Source: Amoebidium appalachense (lineage: Eukaryota; Protista; Ichthyosporea). Taken from it: a stretch of DNA of 64,000 nucleotides. The stretch is from positions 8,884,054 to 8,948,053 of the forward strand of contig CAVNZM010000010.1 of assembly GCA_963693365.1 (NCBI GenBank). Reading direction: 5' to 3'. This document shows positions 14,261 through 26,419 of this stretch, one piece after another (positions within the stretch are counted from its first letter, which is position 1; each line of letters begins with the position of its first letter). The notes beneath the pieces are model-generated. The model was not told the DNA's origin. It was given only the letters and a program-made list of their open reading frames with translations, and made no database searches. The translations under genes and the position numbers were made by a program.

Positions 14261-14469
14261 CATGCTAGGGGCTGTAGGTCACAGGCCACTCATGCTAGGG
14301 GCTGTAGGTCACAGGCCACTCATGCTAGGGGCTGTAGGTCACAGGCCACTCATGCTAGGGGCTGTAGGTCACAGGCCACTCATGCTAGGGGCTGTAGGTC
14401 ACAGGCCACTCATGCTAGGGGCTGTAGGTCACAGGCCACTCATGCTAGGGGCTGTAGGTCACAGGCCAA
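14261..14469. repeat. Perfect 30-bp tandem repeat x7
   Basis: CATGCTAGGGGCTGTAGGTCACAGGCCACT repeated with no spacers. Confidence 0.95.
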
Positions 14470-14571
14470 GACTTTGCCTGCAACGCCACACCAGTACCCG
14501 ATCCGGCAATCGGCAAAGAGTGCCCCAAGCTATTGCCAGATTCAGTCTTCGATCTAATAAACATGCATGCA

Positions 14572-14607
<36 letters not shown>

Positions 14608-14620
14608 CAGCTCCTTTTTT

Positions 14621-14674
<54 letters not shown>

Positions 14675-15795
14675 GAAGGGGGGGAGAGGGGCGAGTGAGG
14701 GGGGGAGGGGGGGGGAGGGTGGGGGGGGAGAGGACTATAGACTCTCCAGACTATAGCCACGTGCGTTTGTTGTTCGCCAGCGAGTGACTCAGTGCATATA
14801 TATATACAGAACGGGGTGCAGTCTTGTGCCGTCTACTCAGTCTACTCACCGGTGCCCCAGGGGTCTCAACATCCGAATCGTCTTTAATATCCTCGTGCTT
14901 ACTCTCGCTCGTCTCGGGAAGCTGCCCACCATGAAATTTGCCTGCGCTGTTCGGTTCTGTGTCGCTAGCGTTGGAGTCGGAGAACAAGGAAGACCCTCTT
15001 GTACATGCGCGCAGTCTCCTTGTTGGTAGATCTAGATCTAGAGGTGGAATGTGTGAGTTCAAGTTATGGATGCATGAAATTTCAGCTCTATTTATAAAGG
15101 AGGGTGTCTAAGACTTTTTTATCACAGCACCAACATACGGCAGCCACGGTGGTAGACCAATGTGCATGGATAAACTGGATAGGAGGCAACGGTGACCCAC
15201 CAGACCCCAAAGACATCAAGTGGGTCGAACGGGGATTCTGCCCACGATCGGTGGGCCCATTACTTGCAGCCACCGGCACCACCAACACCACCACACGGGC
15301 CATCTTAGGAAAAATCACAGTAGAGTTGCAGTCCTTTTTCTTTTCAAAAATTTGGCACCAACGGAACACAACACTCCCTCCCACCCACCCCAAAATGCAA
15401 AAACACCACCATATACCCACCACCCGTAGAAAGAAAAGTATGGCTCCCCAAAAACCCAAGACACACACAAATACACCCCCCACACACACCCGGCAAGCCT
15501 GTTCTGACTGCCGGAACACACACAGACCCAGTGTGCCCTGTAAAACCCACCTTTTAGTTCATAAAAACATCGCCACAACATACGTACAACAACACATAAT
15601 GTTAGGCAGCAACCCCCCACCACCACCACCACCACACCCCATCATCCACCCATACCCACCGTAAATACTATAGACAACACTTAGGACTTCCCAATACTGT
15701 AGATTGACCAATAATAGCCCTCGGTTAACGTTTATTGCTAGGTATTGAATGGAGGGGAGGACTGGAGCCTCCTGCCGGCATGGCTGGGGTAGTAG

Positions 15796-16306
15796 TGTTG
15801 GACATTGTGTTCATAGAAGCTAGTTCTAGTGCACATTGTTCCTTCTGTAAGTCAGAAATGATTGCATCTTGTGAGGCCAACCTCTGCTCCAGTAGTTGGA
15901 CTAGTTGCTGCAACTGTAAGTTGTCAGACATAGTGTCGTGTATGATGGGTAACTAGTCTATGTGTTTTGTGCACTGAAAACGACAGTAGAAAAGTGTAAA
16001 TCAAACGTTCTGCTTCCCATGTTTGTGACATGGGAGGCACTGCTTTATATATTCGTTGGCCACCTCATGGTGGCCTCGTGTGCACCCTGGTGGTGGGCCA
16101 TGTACAGCATGACCGAAAAAGAGAGCACAATGAAAACAAGTCGTTAAAGATATAAAAGTTAACTGTGCACGTTGAATGGCTAGTTAACTTGCACTAAAGC
16201 ACACAAATAAACGTGTTTAACACACCAATTGCAGTTAAACGTAAATCTTACTTCACACAACCAAAAATATTCTGAGAATATCCGGGAATAAAGCACACTA
16301 CCACTC
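15796..16306 (-). mobile_element. Truncated, slightly diverged copy of the copia LTR
   Basis: Matches the first ~510 nt (plus strand) of the LTR at 25469, including the gag N-terminus MSDNLQLQQLVQLL. It has several substitutions (some CpG transitions) and breaks off after ...CACTACCACTC next to a (TA)n tract. Confidence 0.9.
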
Positions 16307-16348
16307 ATGATATATATATGATATATAGTACGTCACATAGTATACTCA

Positions 16349-16387
<39 letters not shown>

Positions 16388-16389
<2 letters not shown>

Positions 16390-16516
16390 TAGGTAGGTAT
16401 TAGAAGCAACAATTTGAACGTGGACATGATCTGACTCAATAAATGCTGTGAAACTTGTGGAACTCGATGGAAAAACAGGTCCTCTCCCCCCCGAAACACA
16501 TATGTCAACATTTAAT

Positions 16517-16592
<76 letters not shown>

Positions 16593-16680
16593 TAGGTATT
16601 ATCTAACAATTTGAACGTGGACATGATATGACAATAAATGCTTTGAAACTTGTGAAACTCGATGGAAAAACAGGTCCTCC
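16388..16680. repeat. Local duplication of a ~95-bp segment, each copy preceded by (TA)n
   Basis: CAATTTGAACGTGGACATGAT...AACTCGATGGAAAAACAGGTCCTC at ~16410-16484 and ~16607-16680. Confidence 0.75.
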
Positions 16681-16701
16681 CCCCCCCCCCCCCCCCCCAA
16701 A

Positions 16702-16836
<135 letters not shown>

Positions 16837-17079
16837 CACACCACCCAACCACCACCACCTCTCTCTCTCTCTCCCCCCCCCCCCCCCCCCCCCTCCTCTT
16901 CTCTCCCTTCCTCTCTCTCTCTCTCTCTCTCCTCCCCTCTCTACCCCTCGTTCTCTCTCTCTCATTAGATCTCGCGAACCCCCCCCCCCCCCCCCCCCCA
17001 TCTCCCCCTCGTTCTCTTTCTCTAGCTTCTTGCGAACTTTCGCACGTGTGTGCGTGCATGTGCGCATGTAGGGAGGGAG

Positions 17080-17157
<78 letters not shown>

Positions 17158-18007
17158 GTGTGTGTGTGTGTGTGTATGTGTGGGTGGGGGAGGGGGTGTG
17201 TGTGGGGGGGGGGGGTCCCGGAATGTTCGCATGTGTGTGACACCAGGGACTGATATGGACATTAAATCCACATAACGGATGTAACACACTGTGACACCGA
17301 TCCGTTAGTTTTCTAGTTTTGCTGTAGATGTTGTTGTGCTACAGGATGCTTTTACGACACACACATGGTAGAGCAGCACTGCTCGTGGGTTTTACTGTGT
17401 GGAATTTTGAAAATTTGTTTTTAATACCTCGTTGAGAAATACGAATCCGCATATGCCACTCAAAAACAAAAAGGAACGAAAGAACAGAAACTAACCAAAA
17501 TAATTACGACACCTACAAAGTAACACTGCCATAAAACGAGCTTTCTGTCAGACAGCTACTCAACGCCTGACGCAACTATTCTAAAACCACACGCACGTGT
17601 TACGAACAACCCAAGCACACCCTATTTATTATTGGTCAAGATCGAATCCGGTTCGATCGGATTAGCCATATAAGGTAACTGCAAGAAACAGGCGAGCTGC
17701 TACTACATATCTACTAAGAGTCGCGCCGATTGATTGCACCTGACGCCCCATGTTGCGATTCCCCCCCAAAAAAAAACAATTGCGATCAAACAACCGGTAT
17801 GATCACTAATCGGATTGGATCGGATCTCCGATTCAGTTAACGACAACACGTGATTCGCCTCCTATGCAGTCAAAAGAATTTCAAGTTCAACAAATTTCAC
17901 AGTCATATCCATAAACGAACAACACACCTCTACTAGAGATAAATCGAGAGCGGTGATACATCAGATGAGCGCAAGTTGTGAAATTCAGGAGATATACATT
18001 GGATAGT

Positions 18008-18411
18008 TCAGAGCTGGGGCTCAGGCGTGTAGCGGTGAAGGCCGCCGCCCTCCTCCAGATAGGCCTTGAGTTTGCCAATGGCTGCAGGGGGTTAAAAGTG
18101 AGAAAGAGAAATACTTGCATATACAAACACATGCACATGCACACACACACAAATACAGACACACACACACACACACACAAATACAGACACACACACGCGC
18201 GCGCGCGCGCGCGTGCATGTGCATGCAAGCATAGAACAGTGCACTGCAACACACTCGTACACAGTCTTAACACACAAAACATGCACTTACGACACCGCCT
18301 ACCCACACATAATGTTTTGCTTAGAATACCGAGTACAGAGATTCACGAGTGTACACATTCGTTAACACAAGGGGAGATGCAATCTCCCCACTTTTTTTTT
18401 ATTCCTAGCTG

Positions 18412-18456
<45 letters not shown>

Positions 18457-19096
18457 GCTCGCATGCGTGGTGTGTGCATATGTATATGTTTGGGGGGGGG
18501 GGGGGGGGGGGGGGGGGGAAGGGGGAGGAGGGGGGGAGGAAGGAAGGAATGAGCAAGTACAAGGAAGGATGAAGCCCATGAATACGGGGCTGGGCCTTAG
18601 GGGTCGACTCAGCAGCTCGGGGTGGTACTGTACGCCCACATAGAAGGGGTGGCCTGCATGCACACATGTCAGCCATTTACCAAATCCCCCCCCCCCCCCC
18701 CCCCCAAAAAAAAAAAAAAAAAAAAAAAAAAACATAAACACACATATTGCCCCCCCCCCCCCCCCCCCCCCCTCCTCCCTTGCTGAAACAACCACCACCA
18801 CCACCAGCACCACCATCCCCCTCCCCAAAAAGCCTACCACGTACATTATCCCTTCATCCAACCCCCCGCCCACACATTCAACGTCTTTCTACATCCTAGT
18901 TTCACTGTGCCTACACATTCACTACAAAATCCCATCACCCATTACCCCTTCCCCCCTCTCCCCCCCCCCTCTCCCCCCCGCCCCCCCCCCTACACACACA
19001 CACACACACAGACCCACCCTCACATACACACTCACTCCTCCCCCCTCCCCCCCCTCCCCCCCCCTCCCCCCCCCGCCGAGGAGCCCCCAAACACAA

Positions 19097-19181
<85 letters not shown>

Positions 19182-19182
19182 C

Positions 19183-19236
<54 letters not shown>

Positions 19237-19386
19237 TTCAGCTCCATAATCTCCATCCTGTTTCCAGTCTTGTCTCTGCCCACAAACTACATGCCGTGAT
19301 CCTCCAAAGTGGGAACAAGCTCTGGGTTGACTTCGTAGCGGTGACGGTGGCGTTCCAAAACGTATTCTTGTTGCCGTACAGTTGGT
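18008..19386 (-). pseudogene. CTPS: CTP synthase 3' fragment (three terminal exons ~19386-19235, 18653-18561, 18081-18008)
   Basis: Translates QLYGNK/(frameshift)[40 protein letters not shown], then [29 protein letters not shown], then IGKLKAYLEE. These are glutaminase-domain motifs of CTP synthase. There is an in-frame TAG and a 1-nt frameshift; no upstream exons were recognised. Confidence 0.82.
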
Positions 19387-19398
19387 CTGTGTGTGTGT

Positions 19399-19429
<31 letters not shown>

Positions 19430-19714
19430 GGGGGGGAATGGTGGGGTTATTATTAGGACTCTTTGCGCTGCTAAGAATGCCTCGAAGTATTGAGGGAGAA
19501 CTATGTACTTAATGCGAGGGAAGCCGTCGTGGGATGGCTCACTAAGTAAGTTACTCACATATGAGTTTCTAACATGTAACATTTTTTGGATGCTTTATGA
19601 TCATATTCTAACGATGATGGGGATAATTAAAGTATTCGCCGGAGGAGGGGGGAGGGGGGAGGGGGGGGGGCATTTACTTTTATATGCACAACTGGGAAGC
19701 CCGTGCAGATACTG

Positions 19715-19757
<43 letters not shown>

Positions 19758-20313
19758 AAAAGATCTTGGAAAAAGCGAGCCGAACAGTGTGCTTGGTTTC
19801 CCGTACAAAAGGAAACCATACCATATTGTGTGCCTATTTTCCTCAAGTTATTCTGAAAAAGAGAGAGTGTGTGGGTTGTGGTATAAGCACGAGACTTGTC
19901 ACATTGTGAGCGCAGATCTAGACGATGCACCTTTTTGTGCGTGCGGGCGGGTGTGCATATCTGTGGTTGTTGTTGTTGTGGTCTTTTTTTTGTTTTTTTT
20001 GGGTGTGGGGGGGGGGGGGGGGGGGAGGGGGGGGAGGTGAGGGCCCGGGGTGGTGGTGGTGGGGGGGGGGGGGGGGGGGGGGAGAAGGGGGACAGGGGAG
20101 AGGAGGGGGAGGGGGGTGTAAATAAACGAACCCCACAGTGAAGGAACCCTAGCACTATCTAGACTATACACAGTACACCCCGATTTGCCTGGTATCTTGT
20201 TAGCAAACCACCTCTGTACATGGAATCATAATCCCTGGTTCCGGGCACATACTATATGTTTAATGGTAGGGACGGTGCTGCTGGTGGTGCTGGTGGTGCT
20301 GGTGTTGGGGAGG

Positions 20314-20345
<32 letters not shown>

Positions 20346-20896
20346 AGTACGCAACCTCGGAGAGAAACAACGAGAGGTGTAAACTATTCGGCTGCAAAGG
20401 AAAAAAGAGTGATGGTGGACAGAGAGAGGGGGAGGAGGGGGGTGGGGGTCCGAATGGTAGGGGGAAGGAAGGGAGACGGGTTGGTTGAAGTTTTGGGGAT
20501 CGAGAAAGGGTCGCTATAGCTGTCGGGTAATTATAGTGATGCTGGTGATGGTAAATGTGGTGGCCCAGTGGTGGGGTCGGATGATGCAGGGGGAGGAGGG
20601 AGAGGTAACTCAACCCATTCTACCTTTATTTATGAAATAATTAGGCCATCTAAACTATTTATGCTTGTAACCACGCATCTGTGCCAAGGCTTCTCTTCTA
20701 TTCTTTTTGAAATAGAATATTGGAAGAAAAGAAGGTGCGAGATTACAGTGAGGTAATTGCATTTGAATATCAAAGAATGCATTAAATTTTCTTGGGCAAC
20801 AATCTTGGGCAACAATTGTTGTTGTACAGTTTAATTAGTTAACTGACCGGCTACCTCACCGGGGAGGGGCTAAGGGAGGGGAAAAGTGTGGGGAAG

Positions 20897-20932
<36 letters not shown>

Positions 20933-21004
20933 AGGGCGGGGGAGGGCATCCGGTAGGGAGCCTCGGGGAGGGGAGGGGGACCTGGAATTTCATCCGGAGT
21001 CGAT

Positions 21005-21041
<37 letters not shown>

Positions 21042-21676
21042 GACTCCGAGTGGTCAAACTATGAAACGAACAACACAGATTCACCCAAAATCCAGGAGCC
21101 ATAATCGTCGAACATTCGAACATACCTCATAAAGCAATTGAAACACGCACTTCTCCTGCCCGTTCCAAAGCTTCCTTCTGCCCCGTGCACATATGCGGAC
21201 ATATGCGCGTGAAATCTTGATAGGAGACTCCCTTTTACGCAATTGACAGCAACCAAGAGGCTCGGGGATGGGATTGGCGGGCTGTTGTTCCGTTCAAATC
21301 AGATTACATGGAATGTTAGCACCATATTTAGGTACAATATTCATGCTTTAATTGGTTTAGCTGATCTCGCCGTTTTTGGAAAATTTGGAAAGTTCTTTGA
21401 TTCGCTAATACAGGGATGACAGATGCCTTCGTAGATCCGCTCATCTGGTCATCTGCCGTGTATACGGGGATGTGCAGAGCGCGCAGCAAGGAGTATTAAA
21501 GAGGCATCAGGTCCCACCAGTAAGCAGAAAACAGCAACAAGTCAACATACAAACGGGTTTAAAGGCAGCTAAACCGCTGCAAACAGGTCTCAATAATCTT
21601 GCACAAGAGGCAATATTATATATCTAGTTCTACCTTACTGCACAAACACAAAACCAACACCACGCCAAAAGCCACC

Positions 21677-22300
21677 ATGGCGCCCCTCAACTTCCTCCTC
21701 TCCACCGCCCTTGCTGCCTGCGCTGCCGCTGCCAGTCTGCCCTTCCCCGAGCCAGGCAGTTTGGTTTGGGAGCTGTGTGCGACCCCTCTTTCTGGCCCGT
21801 GCGACCCAGCAACCCTCCTTAGTCGTCAACAGGAGGCCCCAAATCTGCGTCCCTTCGAGCGCCAACAACTGGAGGCCCAGCTCTCCATGTGCAGAACAAT
21901 TCTGTCTCAGTGCAGCGATCCAAGCCGTTTGCTCGAGAGACGCAGCGTCAATGACTTTAACCCAGCCTATGATGTCCTCTCTTGGTCTCCCTCTGACTCT
22001 ACCTTGCTCGGGGCCTTGCAAGTGCCGCAGGATGAAAACCAGCAGAGCTCTGCAGGGGAGAAAAGAGTCGACTCCCTGCACACACGCAGTGCACGTGCAT
22101 GGCCCAGCCACGTGCAGGCACGGCGCAACATCTTCAACGACATTGGGGGGGCCTTCACCTCGGCCGCCGACAAAGTATCCGACGTTGCCACCGACGCAGT
22201 GCAGGAGATAGGCAAGGTGGTGCCTGGGGGGGATAGTTCGTCCGGTGGAGGTGGGGGCAGTGAGTCGGATGAGGATTTGGCTATCCTTGCACTCGCCTAG
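21677..22300 (+). CDS. Secreted protein / candidate peptide precursor, 207 aa, intronless
   Basis: GCCACCATGG start context, signal peptide MAPLNFLLSTALAACAAAA, four Cys in the N-terminal mature part, and basic sites ERR, EKR, RSAR and ARR. Confidence 0.7.
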   Translation: MAPLNFLLSTALAACAAAASLPFPEPGSLVWELCATPLSGPCDPATLLSRQQEAPNLRPFERQQLEAQLSMCRTILSQCSDPSRLLERRSVNDFNPAYDVLSWSPSDSTLLGALQVPQDENQQSSAGEKRVDSLHTRSARAWPSHVQARRNIFNDIGGAFTSAADKVSDVATDAVQEIGKVVPGGDSSSGGGGGSESDEDLAILALA

Positions 22301-22385
22301 AATATTATGCCGTGTGCACATGTGTATTTAAATAGTTTACAAACTGCTGGAGGTATTCGGCCGGAGGATATTCAATTTAGACGAT

Positions 22386-22492
<107 letters not shown>

Positions 22493-22929
22493 TGGTGGTG
22501 GTGGTGGTGGTGGTGGTGGGGGGGGGGGGGGGGAAGGGGGGAGGGAGGGAGGGGTAGGCTCATGATTCACAATAGGTTCATCATAAATTTTGTGGTTGTG
22601 TGCATACGGATCATGAGGTATTCTTTTGACTGACTCGGACCTGAGACGTACAGTTTTCAGTTTCTTTTGTTTTCTACAATTTGCCATGTGCTTAGAGTCT
22701 CGAAGCTTAGAGTCTCAGGGTCAATAAAAGCATCAAAGCCTAATAGCGGGCAAAATGTCACTGACCACTAAGTCTTGTCAAAACAAATCGAGTAGCAGAT
22801 ACTGCATCCCCCCCCCCCCCCCCCCCCCCCCCACCTCACCCCCCCCCACCCCCATCCCCCTCCCCCCCCACCTCCTTCCCCACCCTTTCAACCCTTCTTA
22901 CCTCAAAGCCACTTATAGGTCCTGTGCCC

Positions 22930-22961
<32 letters not shown>

Positions 22962-23354
22962 ACATCATTGGTTCATATTTATTCCTGTATTTTCAAAATT
23001 ACTCAGGATTATATTTCTGGTAATTTATTTTTCTTAGTGGCAGCTGCAAGGGGGCCCGAGGAGGGTGCGTGTGTGTGGTGGTGGTGGTGGTGGTTTGGGG
23101 GGGGGGGTAACCTAGAGAAAATTTGAGAGAAGAATTGAGGGGGCTATCTAGCAAGACGAGGAGTCTGAATTCGAACATACACAAAATTTGAATGGAAAAA
23201 GGGGGAGGGGGAGGGGAGAGGGGCGGAGAGGGCGATAGAGTGGTTTTCGGAGGCTTAGGGTGTGTTGGTGGGTGTCGTGCGGGTGGAGATTTAGTGTGTG
23301 TGTGCAAGGGGGGGGGGGGGGGGGGAGGGGGGAGCCGTGCATGCATGCGTATGA

Positions 23355-23612
<258 letters not shown>

Positions 23613-24409
23613 TTAACCAGGTCCTTTTATTTATTATTTTTCTCTCCCAAATAGTATACATTCTGTATATTGGAGGCTTGATTTTGAAAATGCAGTGAGG
23701 GGGGGAGGGGGTAGCAATCTTGGGGGCAAGGGAGGGGTCAACCACACGAGCTGAATTATTCTGCTGGTAGCGGCGTAATTCTGCTGGTAGCAGCGTGATT
23801 CTGCTTTGGCTGCATGATTCTGCTTCGAGGGCATTAAATTCTGCTTCGAACAGTAATTCAACTTGATGGTCGGTTTTGTCGCCATCATCAAAAATGCTCA
23901 CGTGCCTAGGAAAAGCCTCTTCCGCATTCCATTTGTTATGATTGGCAGTAAGCGCATCAGCATTAGATCAAAAACGTACTGATTGGCTTAGAACGCTTCA
24001 CGTGATGCCAAACGTTGCGCACGGTGCACTACATTCATATGTATGGGAACGGAATTCCCTCGAACGCGTGGCTCTTGCGTCTAAATTTCTGCCCCAAGCA
24101 CCAGCTGAGTAATTCTGCTGGTAGTAGCGTAATTCTGCTACCACTACAGCAGAATAATTCAGCTCATGTGGTTGACCCCTCAAGGGGGACCCACCACCCC
24201 CTTTGAATGGGGGATCTCTCCCTCCCACACAGGGAGCAGGGGGAGGGGGGGGGGGGGGGGGACTACCCCTCCGGCTGGCAGGGGGAGGACAGGGGGAGGG
24301 GAGGGGAGGGGAGGGAGGGAAGGGGGGGGGGGGGGGGGGGAGGGGCGAAGGGACCCACCACGCACCTGAGTTGGTGCCCCCTTCCCCTGCCCCCACCCCA
24401 CCCCACCTT

Positions 24410-24440
<31 letters not shown>

Positions 24441-25034
24441 GAGGGGGGGGGGGGGGGGGGGGGGGGGTCCACTATTTTGGATATCATGATCCTTCTAGTA
24501 CCATTATTTAGCAGCGGTTTACATGCATTCCCAAAAGAAAAAAATATTTAAGCTTAGGATTCCTTTACCTGATTCATCTGAAATTCAGGCAACACACTAC
24601 GGGTACCCCCCCCCCCCCCCCCCACCTCTTTCCTTTGAAGGGGATGGGGTGGAAGGGGGGAGGGGGGGGGGGGGGGGGCAGTGTCTCCAGCTCCCCACAG
24701 CATGCATATACACACACACATATACACTTCACACGCATTTCACCCTTACCTACACTGTGACACATGTACCACACAAGCACACAAGGTGCACAAACCTGCG
24801 ATGCGAACTTCCACATCATGACATGCAGTGTGAGATACACTAGCCATAAAACTAACGGCAAAAAGCACACTGTGTATCTCACGTGTGAGCACGTAAGATA
24901 TTTTGTGTATCTTGCGTCACACGAACAAACAGACTTTCTGGCTGGTAAGGGAAAGAAAGACACACACACTCTCACACACATCCACGCAGCACAAGTGCTA
25001 TGGTGAACACACTTGTAGACACACGGTCAGACAG

Positions 25035-25129
<95 letters not shown>

Positions 25130-25468
25130 CATGGTCTGACGTGCTCACTGAGTACATTCGTTCAAGGCGCACACAAATGCATCCACAACATGCAAACCCA
25201 TCCGCCCTCCTTCTCTCTCCCTTTCCTTTTCTCTCTCACTCCCCATCTCCCCCCCCCATGCCCCCCCTCGAAAGTGAGTCTCTCTCCTTCTCACCCTCAC
25301 CCCTTCCCCCCCCCCCCCCCCCCTTAACTCTTCTCTCTAGCCCATACAAGTGCATGCACGCGTCGCCAAAAACACACATACACGCAAGTGCACGCACATC
25401 CACATGTTTAAAAACATCCACCCACGCCGGCACAACATACAGAGGTACATTCCCACACATACACACCC

Positions 25469-26234
25469 TGTTGGACATCGTGTTCATAGAAGCTAGTTCT
25501 AGTGCACGTTGTTCCTTCTGTAAGTCAGAAATGATTGCATCTTGTGAGGCCAACCTCTGCTCCAGTAGTTGGACTAGTTGCTGCAACTGTAAGTTGTCAG
25601 ACATAGTGTCGTGTATGATGGGTAACTTGTCTATGTGTTTTGTGCACTGAAAACGACAGTAGAAAAGTGTAAATCAAACGTTCTGCTTCCCATGTTTGTG
25701 ACATGGGAGGCACTGCTTTATATAGTCGTTGGCCACCTCATGGTGGCCTCGTGTGCACCCTGGTGGTGGGCCATGTACAGCATGGCCGAAAAGAGAGCAC
25801 AATGAAAAACAAGTCGTTAAAGATATAAAAGTTAACTGTGCACGTTGAGTGGCTAGTTAACTTGCACTAAAGCACACAAATAAACGTGTTTAACACACCA
25901 ATTGCAGTTAAACGTAAATCTTACTTCACACAACTAAAAATATTCTGAGAATATCCGGGAATAAAGCACACTACCACTCTAAGAATAGAATCCTGTGGCA
26001 AATACAGACATGACATCATCTGAACCGGGAATATTAATTAATGAGCACAATTAGCACGTTGCTAGTGAAGCTCGTCATTGGTACAGTTTTGGCTCAAACA
26101 TATAACTACCATATATGAATATGACCGTAAACAAAAGCTCTATGCACTCGAGTGAGTGTTGAAACAATTATTCAATTGCTCAGAAACTTTCTCTAACAGA
26201 CATTGCTAGCCGGGAGTACCAGTGTACTCCAACA
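25469..26234 (-). repeat. 3' LTR of copia element
   Basis: TGTTGGAC...CTCCAACA; adjacent minus-strand purine-rich tract AATTGAGTAGGGG. Confidence 0.95.
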
Positions 26235-26419
26235 CCCCTACTCAATTGGATAATTGTGGTATGAATTAATGCAACTGAGCTCGAGTGCTTCAGGTGCACA
26301 AAATACAGACAATAAAGATTCCCCTACTCAATTTTAGTATGGTACACGTAGTTGCACAGTCGGATGCAACTCTCTCCCCCCCCTGAAGTATGAGGGCGCA
26401 GTTGGTTGATGACGGGTGC

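Noticed and set aside
14261-14469. 30-bp repeat as a CRISPR array
   Set aside because: Head-to-tail identical units, no spacers, no cas genes, eukaryotic context.
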